This document shows, in pieces, positions 25,401 through 32,611 of a DNA stretch of 64,000 nt. A model generated the notes under the pieces. The model saw only the letters and a program-made list of their open reading frames with translations. It did not search any database and was not told where the DNA came from. This stretch comes from an uncultured Verrucomicrobiae bacterium (GTDB lineage: Bacteria; Verrucomicrobiota; Verrucomicrobiia; Chthoniobacterales; JAFAMB01), in NCBI GenBank assembly GCA_963775805.1, contig CAVZKG010000004.1, positions 70,296-134,295 of the forward strand, read 5' to 3'. A program made the translations under genes and the position numbers. The first letter of the stretch is position 1, and the number at the start of each line of letters is the position of its first letter.

Positions 25401-26670
25401 CGATCTCTTCGAGTCCCGCGATTTCTTTGAACTTTTGGAGAATAAATACGGTTTGGAATACAGGTGTGCGCGAAAAATCACGATTTGGGTGCAGCTTTTC
25501 GACTATTAGCGGGAAAGGATAATTTCCATGACGTATGCCGTCGACGACCGCTTGGCGGACCTGTGCAAGAATTTCCCGGAAGGTTGGGTCATTGTGAAAC
25601 GACCCTAACAGCGGAATCATGTTGATAAAGTCACCAACGATATTGCCGAACTCCGGGCGATCGCGACCGTACGTCGGCGACCCAACAATAACCTCCTGTT
25701 GACCGGTATATCGGTGTAAAAGAATGTGATAGGCTGTCAGCAGAACAACGTATGGAGTTGTATTTTCTGCGGCGGCTAGAACGCGTACCGCCTTGCTGAG
25801 TTCCGCGCCCAGATCGACAGGAACCGATGCACCTATTTCAATTAACGAAGCCTGTCGCGGACGATCGGTTGGCAAGTTGAGAGACGAATGGAGGCCCGAA
25901 AGTTTGGATATCCAATAGTCTTCGTGTTCCTTCCCCTCGGGACTCGAGAGCATTGCTTCCTGCCAACGTGCGTGTTCGAGAATATCGTGCCCGGGACGGG
26001 GCGGCGGCGGCGCAGTTCCGCCCCTTTCTGATGGATAGATTTGACGCAAATCGTCTAATAGCAGGAAGAGTGACCAACCGTCCGCGGCAATGTGGTGGAC
26101 GCTGAAAACTAGCACGTAGTCGTCAACCTCACGCGAAAACAGGTCGACTCGCATGAGCGGACCGTTTTGCAGGTCGAACGGGGCTCGAGAAGCCTCAAGA
26201 ACTTCTTTTCGCAGCGCTGGCAATTCGATACCGGGCCGACTATGAAGTTCGAAATGGACCGGCATATAGCCATGAACCACTTGGTTAAGACCATTCAAAT
26301 CGGCGCGAAATGTAGTGCGTAACGAAGCGTGCCGATCTACCAACGCTTGGAACGAGCGGCGCAAAGCAGGCAGATCAATTGAGGACCGAATCCGAGCTGA
26401 AAAGACCACGTTGTACGCGGCGCTCCCAGGGTTCGCCTGATGCACGAACCAAAGGGCTCGCTGCCCATGGGAGGCCGCTTGAGTGACAGTTTCGCGGGTG
26501 GCGCGCTCGCGCCAGTCGACTAGAATCGTATCTTTTTGCGATGCCAGCTGCGATCGCAAATTCTCGGTGAGGGTCCCTTTTGTCGCTCGATACCGAAGCC
26601 GGCTTCCTTCGCCCCAGACCGTCACCCCTTGTTCGCGAAGGGTATCCATCAATGCGATTTTATCGCTCAC
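22489..26670 (-). CDS. NRPS termination module: TubC-type docking domain - C - A - T - TE
   Basis: Dock: LREQGVTVWGEGSRLRYRATKGTLTENLRSQL. C: VHHIAADGWS. A: YTSGSTGLPKGV, NMYGPTETT, YWTGDLG, GRVDNQVKIRGYRIELGEIE, PNAKVDR. T: FFELGGHSLSATRL. TE: PFFLVAG...GPYILGGDCAGG...LVLFDTH...RGDHW. Confidence 0.95.
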   Translation of the reverse strand: MSDKIALMDTLREQGVTVWGEGSRLRYRATKGTLTENLRSQLASQKDTILVDWRERATRETVTQAASHGQRALWFVHQANPGSAAYNVVFSARIRSSIDLPALRRSFQALVDRHASLRTTFRADLNGLNQVVHGYMPVHFELHSRPGIELPALRKEVLEASRAPFDLQNGPLMRVDLFSREVDDYVLVFSVHHIAADGWSLFLLLDDLRQIYPSERGGTAPPPPRPGHDILEHARWQEAMLSSPEGKEHEDYWISKLSGLHSSLNLPTDRPRQASLIEIGASVPVDLGAELSKAVRVLAAAENTTPYVVLLTAYHILLHRYTGQQEVIVGSPTYGRDRPEFGNIVGDFINMIPLLGSFHNDPTFREILAQVRQAVVDGIRHGNYPFPLIVEKLHPNRDFSRTPVFQTVFILQKFKEIAGLEEIVGYGESGVQTEFAGLVLEQFWIPQQEGQFELSIELIEKSGAYGGVLKYNPDLFEDSTVTQLAENYKTLLQAVVVLPDTNASQIPILTRTEREQLVAGLNETDRDYPKERTVVDLIRQQVVRRPNAEAVRYEKVGLTYEELDTISTRLARHLQSLGVGSESLVGVCIERGLEMVVGFLAVLKAGGAYLPLDPAFPAERLRYMLEDSGARVLITRKGLLETLFSNSTLTKVCMDADKDAIEQHDNAPIPTIAKSSDRAYVIYTSGSTGLPKGVEIEHKALTNFLCSMAREPGINEVDIFLAVTTPAFDIAALELFLPLTTGARIHVASRETVTDGVALSHVLEDSGATIMQATPATWRLLFESGWGGNQRLTALCGGETMDREMALRLVGACKSAWNMYGPTETTIWSAIAQIESNEVTIGRPIANTRIYVLDKNLEPVPRGVVGDLWIGGDGVARGYLNRTELTAEKFVSDPFRPGTRMYWTGDLGRHLSDGRLECLGRVDNQVKIRGYRIELGEIEATLSSHPGVRECVVAARKTNTGDVRLTAYVVSASSQRPTIEELRNRLKSVLPEYMIPSGFVFLDSIPLTPNAKVDRNALPAPESNEPDSTGGYVPPRNQVEQIMADAWSEILEIPKVGVFDHFFELGGHSLSATRLVARLESIFKIDLPLRSIFIEPTIAGLSKTIKYDDYADRYYHAGEICRWNRLVPAQPKGSRVPFFLVAGFMDADDTLRVLSRLIPHVGLDQPVYGFQPRWLDGVSDRYRDANEVATEFLVELRGVQAKGPYILGGDCAGGVVALVMAEKLMQQGEEVRLLVLFDTHRPTVLRSLGLDLYNAWNRAKHIIHVLAQIIRSTGSSRSAILEDLRRRKLGAEETKTEEVSATRRLYKLRMDYMRTMYRNRVKTYPGSIALIINEKQHSFDKNMGWRGVPKGGLEVHVTRGDHWTRYLHGEEIAKRLLKCLASVQGENTPLHAK
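22516..23283 (-). other. Type I thioesterase domain with a Cys nucleophile (GGDCAGG; Cys codon TGC at 23038..23040)
   Basis: Residues ~1130-1385 of the NRPS. The alpha/beta-hydrolase TE pattern is PFFLVAG ... VYGFQ ... GPYILGGDCAGGVVALVMA ... LLVLFDTH ... RGDHW. I read the DNA as gga ggt gac tgc gcc ggc ggt. Confidence 0.8.
23617..25083 (-). other. Adenylation domain, hand-extracted specificity code D-I-L-Q-L-G-M-I-W-K (glycine-type)
   Basis: Aligned by eye to the GrsA-Phe landmarks. FDIAALE gives D235 I236 L239. IMQATPAT gives Q278. ALCGGE gives L299 G301. WNMYGPTETTIW gives M322 I330 W331. PNAKVDR gives K517. Confidence 0.6.
26515..26664 (-). other. TubC-like beta-hairpin docking domain at the NRPS N-terminus
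   Basis: MSDKIALMDTLREQGVTVWGEGSRLRYRATKGTLTENLRSQLASQKDTIL matches the remembered TubC_N pattern (L..L...GV.LW.EG..LRY.AP.G.LT.EL...L...K..IL). Confidence 0.7.
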
Positions 26671-29600
26671 AGCACACCCTCCTCAAATTCGAGAACCGGT
26701 GCATTTGACCCTCTTGACATGTCAGGAGTTTGCATTGTGGCCAGCAGCTCGGTTATCCATTCTGTTAGCTCCGCAGGCGTTGGACCCTGAATGAGCTGCG
26801 CCATTGCGACACTCACACCCAAGTCGACATCGATTTGGTTCTTCAACTCGATCGACATGAGTGAGTCGAAACCCATCGCCGATATTGGCTTTTGGGGTTC
26901 AACCGAGTCAATCGGTACCTTGAGAATTCGGGCTATTACCTGCTTCAGATAATCCTGTACGAGGGTCGAGCGGTTACCGGCGTTCGTGGCCAGGATTCGC
27001 TCGCGGGTCTCGACGTCAGCGCTCTTAGCGGGAGATGTCGAACCTTCCCCAGAAACCAGCAGCGACAGATAAGGGGCGATTGCCATATCGCCGTAGGAGC
27101 GCCGCCACTCCTTCCAATCGATAGGCATGACTCCGACTTGGATATCCCCTTCATCCAGGAATAGTTCCATGGCCTCCAAAGCTTCCTGATTCGACAATGT
27201 GCCGATCCCTTTCGTGGCTCCAGTCCGGCCATGGCGTTTCGATTCCTGTTCAGTCTGAAAACGGGTGGCCATTCCCGCTTGCTCCCAGGTACCCCAGTTC
27301 ACACTCAGCGCCGGGAGACCCATCGCTCGCCGATGGTGAGCAAGCGTATCAAGGAAAACGTTCGCTGCCGAATAACCTCCCATCATTGGCGAACCCAAGA
27401 GCGCTGACGAAGACGAAAATAGAACAAACAGTTCCAAAGGAACAGTTGCCAAGAACCGATGCAAAAGCCATCCTCCGATCATTTTGGGCGCCAAGACATC
27501 TCGTATTTGCTGCGGCGTCTGGTTGCAAAATGGTTCGTACTGCATCACGCCGGCGGCATGAAATACACCTCGTAGCGGCGGTTGACCGCCCAATAAGCAT
27601 TGGTTAACGAGTTCCCGCACCGATTCCTCGTTTCCCATATCGACAATTTTTGTTTGCACGTTTGCGCCCCGTTTCTCCAGTTCGCGAATCGCCGCAATCC
27701 GGGATTCTTCGATCGATCCCCGCTCAAAGTTGTTCCATTGCTCGCGTGAGGGCATTGCCGTCCGTCCTGCCAAAGTCAAATGACGGGCGCCATGAGCGAC
27801 CAGCCAATCGGCGATGACCAGTCCAATTCCACCTAACCCACCCGTGAGCAGATAATTTGCATCCGGCCGGATCGAGATCGGGTCAGACGTTGACCTCATT
27901 TTCGACCGCCGCCCCAAGCGGAGGACGTGCTCCCGTCCGCCGCGAAAAGCAAACTGGTCATCAGCGCTACGTTTCTCTAACCGTGCGGCCAGCATATCGG
28001 CCGCTGCGTCCGGAGTATCACTCGGATCAAGGTCAAGTTGCCCGCCCCAGAAGTCAGAACATTCCATCGCGATGGCGCGACCAAATCCCCAGAGCGGAGA
28101 TTGAAGCAAGGAAATAGGGGAAGGCTTCGAATCTGCAGGTTGCGCACCTGCGGTGATCAACCACAGCTTCGGAGGAACCGTTAGCCGCAGGCGATCGAGC
28201 GATTGCGCGACCCTCAAAACGCTGATCGGTCCGAGTGACTGAGCATCTTGAAGAGCTGCTAGGTCAGCGCGTTCGAGGGTTTGCGCGTCAAGACTCCACA
28301 GATGCACAACACGCTTTAGCTCAGGTGTCAGCTTCCTTGCTTCGGAGAAGATTTGGTCATAATCAGAGGCTTGGTCGCGCCGAATCGTAATGAGTGCTTC
28401 GCCCGAACGGGAGAATTGATCCCCGTAATCCACACACAGGCATGTTGCTCCTCGTCCTCTCAGTCGTGCGCACAGTGCGTCGCCAACCCCTTGACGATCG
28501 CGAAAAATGACCCATGTTCCGGTCGCCGATGCGTCTGGAGCCCGTTCGAGATCCCTGTCACTCGGAATCCATCGAGGTTCGTAAAGCCAGTTCTGCACGT
28601 TTCGGAGCGCCTTCTCTTGTTGTTTCGAGTCCAAGTACCACAGCCGCGCTCCGATCGTCTCTGTGATGAGGTTTCCGGCGAGGTCGAACACTTTGACGTC
28701 GCCGACTAGGGTGTTATCCGCAGTAGAGTCCCTGCCGCGAATTTTTGCATAAGCGTAGAATCTTCTGCCCTCAGGCCGCCGATATAGTCGGACTTCGTCG
28801 ATACCCGCACCGACAAAGGCACCACCAAGAGCATCGTTCGATTTTTCAAGAGGAATCGTTGCGGTGAGGATGTGCCCCAAACTATCCGCAAGAGCCGGGT
28901 GAAAAACATAACTCGAGGTCTCTTGTTCGATGCCGATTGGGATTGTCACCTCGCTTAACGCTTCTCCGTTTCCCTGCCAGATCCGAGTGACGCCTTGAAA
29001 GCAGGGTCCCCACTGGTTGCCCCGATCGCTTTGCAATCGATAGAACTCGCTCCCATCCAAGGAACGGGTCAAGTTCCTTTGAAGTGCTACTCGTTCGAGT
29101 TCGTTCCATTTCTCATCCGGAATCCGGATCTCTCCGGTTCTCAGCGCACCCGTGGCGTGCAGTGTCCAATTCGTATTTCGATTTTTTCTTCGGCTGTGGA
29201 TCTGGAACTCAATGATTCCTGAACCCTGTTGCGCGAGGCGAGTTTGGATCTCAAATGTTCGACCCGACTTAAGTTGCAGTGGTCTCGCTATGTCGATCCG
29301 TGTCAAAACCACTGGCAATTCCGAAATCGCTTCGACGGCGGCAGCAATGGCCATTTCGACATACGCAGTCGCAGGGACGACGGATACGCCTTGTACGCGG
29401 TGGTCGTCGATCCAGGAGACTTTTTCCAGACTGATCTCGCCAAACCAGATATGCTCTCCTGGATGGAATGCCAGAGGTACATGCGTTCCAAGTAAGGGAT
29501 GACCGTCAGTCCGTTTGAGGTCGGGGTCAGGGCTCGAGACGGGAATCCAGTGACGCTTCCGTTGAAATTGATAGTTCGGTAGCGTAACGCTTTTGCGACG

Positions 29601-32300
29601 ATACGGTTTATCATAGGACCGCCAATCGGGGGTTGCGCCCGAAACAAAGAGCGCTCCGAGGCTCGACAGCATTTGATAGTGATCCGTCACCGCCGGATTT
29701 AACGAAGTTAGCCATGTCGTCTCCGAGTCTTGCAGACATTGGCGACCAATGCGCGCAAGTGTCGAGGAAGGTCCGACTTCGAGGAAGGTCCGGATCCCGC
29801 GAGTGTGCAGAGTTCGCAGCGATTCTTGGAATTGGATTGGTTCGCGGAGCTGTCGACGCCAATATCGAGCATTCAACGGTAAATCTTCGTCCACCAGGTG
29901 CCCCGTAAGAGTGGAGATCATGTCTACTTTTGGGATGGCACACGGAAGGCCTTCGGCAAATCGCTCTAGTTCTCCCAGGATCGGCTCAACAAGCGGTGAA
30001 TGGAGCGCGTGCGAAGACGACACCAATTGCGCATCGATGCTCAGGGAGCGGAAACGTTCAATTAAACGGTGAATAGCGTCCGATCTCCCAGAAATTACCG
30101 TGTTTTGTGGCGAGTTTACTTCGGCGATAGCGACCAAATCGGCATAGCTTGTGATTTCCTTCCGTACTAGTTCCTGTCCGGAGAACACGCGGGCTATCGC
30201 ACCATCCCGGGGTAAATTTTGAATGAGGCGCGATCGGAAGGCTACTAAACTTATCGCGTCCTCGAGAGCCATCGCCCCTGCAATACAGGCGCCTACATAT
30301 TCGCCTACGCCGTGGCCAAGGATCGCTGACGCTTCAATTCCCCAAGAACGCCACAGGGAAGCAAGCGCATACTCGAGTGCGAACAGAGCTGGTTGGCTGT
30401 AGCGAATTTCATCGGGAATGATCTCAGATTCAAAATGGTCAACGTAGTGGAGGAGTTTCAATAAAGGACGATCGCAGTGCTTGGTAAGCGCAACTGCGCA
30501 TTCCTCAATCGCATTGCGGAATATCGGTTCGGTTTCATACAGGGTCCGTCCCGCGCCCCTCTGTTCCGTTCCTTGCCCAGCAAACAAAAATGCGACTCTG
30601 GAGTCGGAGCGAACGCGCCCGTGCACGAGTTCGGAATTCAATTGACCCAGAGCGAAATCATTGAGCGATTTGCACGCTATCGCAATCTCTGGCGCTGAAA
30701 AAGCCAAGCGGTGGGAGAGGGGTGATCGGTCTGCCATAGCCGAATGACAGATGTCCGCTAAAAATTGTTCTGTGCCTTCTCCGAAATGCTTGGAGTACGT
30801 CAAAGCTAGTTCCTTCAACGCAGGCTCGGTGTCGGCAGAAAGAACAAACAGGTGGACTGAACGATCCTCCCGCGCCGGTTCGGTATCTAACTGCTTTTCA
30901 GGAGGTGGCTCTTCCAGAACAACGTGGGCATTCGTGCCGCTAAACCCGAACGAACTTACTCCTGCCAGACGCGGACGCCAGGATCGGGGCCAACTCACCG
31001 TTTGAGTGCAAATCTCGATCGGTGCCTGACCTAAGGAAATTCGTGAGCTGAGCTTTTGAAAATGAAGCTGAGGCGGTATTTCCTGATGCCCCATCGATAG
31101 GACCACCTTGATTAGGCCCGCGATGCCCGCGGCTGACTCAAGATGTCCTAGGTTGGTTTTTACCGATCCTACACGCAACGGCTGATTTGTCGGGCGATTC
31201 TTACCAAGAACCTTCGCCAAAGCTTCGAGTTCGATTGGGTCGCCGATCGCGGTTCCGGTGCCATGGGCTTCCACGTAGTCCACATCTTCAGGTTGGATGC
31301 GAGCAGCCTTCAACGCGGCTCGAACCACGCTCTGTTGCGCCAGCCCGTTGGGAACGGTCAATCCGCTACTTGCACCATCCTGATTGACTGCACTGCCGCG
31401 GATCAGGGCCATGATTCGGTCTCCTGCCGCCACTGCGTTGTGAAGACGTTTCAACGCAACGACGCCGCACCCTTCCGCTCTTACGAAGCCATCCGCCCTC
31501 TCATCGAAAGTCTTGCATCGTCCATCCATCGCCATCATGCCCCACTTTGCAAAACAGACGAACGGTTCGGGTGTAAGAAGCATGTTGACCCCGCCGGCCA
31601 GTGCCAGGTCGCACTCGCGCGCGCGAAGACTCTGGCAGGCTAGATGGACAGCGACCAACGAGGACGAACACGCCGTATCAATTGCGATGGATGGCCCGGT
31701 GAAACCGAACACAAAAGAAAGCCTGCCCGCTGCGACGTTTAGTGCTCCACCGGTGGCAGTATAGACATCGAGACTCGCTGAGCTGTTTGCCGCCAATCGA
31801 GCGTAATCGGAAGTTGTTATCCCGACAAATACTCCTGTCGGCGATCCTCGCAGACTATTTGCGGCAATCCCCGCGTTTTCCAAAGCTTCCCAAGTGACTT
31901 CCAGCAGAAGTCGCTGTTGGGGATCCATGCTCTCGGCTTCCCTGCCTGAGATGCCAAAAAGCCCTGCGTCAAAGCGGTCGACCTGATCCAGAAAGCCGCC
32001 AAACGGCGCGTGCATTTTACCGGGCGCGGACGGGTCCGGATCGTAGTATGCGTCCTTGTCCCAACGATCGGGCGGCACTTCTTTGATCGCATCGACGCCA
32101 TGGCTCAAAAGTTTCCAATAGGCTTCGGGATTGTCGGCCCCTGGGAATCTGCATGAAAGGCCGACGACAGCGATCGGTTCGTCCTGGGAGCGTTCGGCAA
32201 TTTCGAGACGGCTTTGGAGCGAATCAATCGCCTCCATAGCTTTTCGCAAAAGGACCTTACGCTCGCCTTCTTGGCGAGCGGCAATGTTGAGATCTGCCAT
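26667..32300 (-). CDS. Type I modular PKS, KS-AT(like)-DH-KR-ACP; first gene of the operon
   Basis: 1877 aa. N-terminal coiled-coil dock: RKVLLRKAMEAIDSLQSRLEIAE. KS: DTACSSS/EAHGTGT/KTNLGHLE. AT-like: FAGQGTEQRGAG, GHGVGE, SHALHS. DH: HRVQGVSVVP, LADSLGH. KR: TGGLGGIG, GGYSAANVF. ACP: MGFDSLMSIEL. The stop overlaps the NRPS start (ATGA-type coupling at 26667-26670). Confidence 0.95.
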   Translation of the reverse strand: MADLNIAARQEGERKVLLRKAMEAIDSLQSRLEIAERSQDEPIAVVGLSCRFPGADNPEAYWKLLSHGVDAIKEVPPDRWDKDAYYDPDPSAPGKMHAPFGGFLDQVDRFDAGLFGISGREAESMDPQQRLLLEVTWEALENAGIAANSLRGSPTGVFVGITTSDYARLAANSSASLDVYTATGGALNVAAGRLSFVFGFTGPSIAIDTACSSSLVAVHLACQSLRARECDLALAGGVNMLLTPEPFVCFAKWGMMAMDGRCKTFDERADGFVRAEGCGVVALKRLHNAVAAGDRIMALIRGSAVNQDGASSGLTVPNGLAQQSVVRAALKAARIQPEDVDYVEAHGTGTAIGDPIELEALAKVLGKNRPTNQPLRVGSVKTNLGHLESAAGIAGLIKVVLSMGHQEIPPQLHFQKLSSRISLGQAPIEICTQTVSWPRSWRPRLAGVSSFGFSGTNAHVVLEEPPPEKQLDTEPAREDRSVHLFVLSADTEPALKELALTYSKHFGEGTEQFLADICHSAMADRSPLSHRLAFSAPEIAIACKSLNDFALGQLNSELVHGRVRSDSRVAFLFAGQGTEQRGAGRTLYETEPIFRNAIEECAVALTKHCDRPLLKLLHYVDHFESEIIPDEIRYSQPALFALEYALASLWRSWGIEASAILGHGVGEYVGACIAGAMALEDAISLVAFRSRLIQNLPRDGAIARVFSGQELVRKEITSYADLVAIAEVNSPQNTVISGRSDAIHRLIERFRSLSIDAQLVSSSHALHSPLVEPILGELERFAEGLPCAIPKVDMISTLTGHLVDEDLPLNARYWRRQLREPIQFQESLRTLHTRGIRTFLEVGPSSTLARIGRQCLQDSETTWLTSLNPAVTDHYQMLSSLGALFVSGATPDWRSYDKPYRRKSVTLPNYQFQRKRHWIPVSSPDPDLKRTDGHPLLGTHVPLAFHPGEHIWFGEISLEKVSWIDDHRVQGVSVVPATAYVEMAIAAAVEAISELPVVLTRIDIARPLQLKSGRTFEIQTRLAQQGSGIIEFQIHSRRKNRNTNWTLHATGALRTGEIRIPDEKWNELERVALQRNLTRSLDGSEFYRLQSDRGNQWGPCFQGVTRIWQGNGEALSEVTIPIGIEQETSSYVFHPALADSLGHILTATIPLEKSNDALGGAFVGAGIDEVRLYRRPEGRRFYAYAKIRGRDSTADNTLVGDVKVFDLAGNLITETIGARLWYLDSKQQEKALRNVQNWLYEPRWIPSDRDLERAPDASATGTWVIFRDRQGVGDALCARLRGRGATCLCVDYGDQFSRSGEALITIRRDQASDYDQIFSEARKLTPELKRVVHLWSLDAQTLERADLAALQDAQSLGPISVLRVAQSLDRLRLTVPPKLWLITAGAQPADSKPSPISLLQSPLWGFGRAIAMECSDFWGGQLDLDPSDTPDAAADMLAARLEKRSADDQFAFRGGREHVLRLGRRSKMRSTSDPISIRPDANYLLTGGLGGIGLVIADWLVAHGARHLTLAGRTAMPSREQWNNFERGSIEESRIAAIRELEKRGANVQTKIVDMGNEESVRELVNQCLLGGQPPLRGVFHAAGVMQYEPFCNQTPQQIRDVLAPKMIGGWLLHRFLATVPLELFVLFSSSSALLGSPMMGGYSAANVFLDTLAHHRRAMGLPALSVNWGTWEQAGMATRFQTEQESKRHGRTGATKGIGTLSNQEALEAMELFLDEGDIQVGVMPIDWKEWRRSYGDMAIAPYLSLLVSGEGSTSPAKSADVETRERILATNAGNRSTLVQDYLKQVIARILKVPIDSVEPQKPISAMGFDSLMSIELKNQIDVDLGVSVAMAQLIQGPTPAELTEWITELLATMQTPDMSRGSNAPVLEFEEGVL
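29706..30599 (-). other. Acyltransferase-like domain with the catalytic Ser replaced by Gly (GHGVG; Gly codon GGC at 30309..30311)
   Basis: Residues ~568-865 of the 1877-aa PKS. I read the DNA directly: ctt ggc cac ggc gta ggc gaa = L G H G V G E. The upstream GQGxQ box also deviates (GQGTEQ). Arg +25 is retained. Confidence 0.8.
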
Positions 32301-32400
32301 TTACGACTTTGGTTGGTTAGTGCTCGCTTCGGATACACGACGAGCTACCGCCATTTGTGCCGGTTTGCCGGATGCACGCACTCCTTGTTTCTCCAGGCTC

Positions 32401-32421
32401 AATGAATGGGTGACATTCATT
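32401..32421. promoter_or_regulatory. 8-bp inverted repeat AATGAATG-ggtga-CATTCATT in the divergent PKS/PPTase intergenic region
   Basis: Read directly from the sequence. It lies 101 bp upstream of the PKS operon start (32300) and 191 bp upstream of the PPTase ATG (32612). Function is unknown. Confidence 0.25.
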
Positions 32422-32611
32422 ACGGTTAATCGACATTGGGCGCAATTTATTTAGCTAAATTGTCTTGCAGAACGCGAATAAATTGCAAAATGCAGACCTG
32501 CCCCAAAAAAAGCAAGTGTCTCCTCCAGCGTTTTAGTGCGTTTGTAGAGTTCGTTTGTCTAGAGCGCCCAGGTTTTCTATAACACGGAACAGCCAAGAGG
32601 AAATCGTTTGG

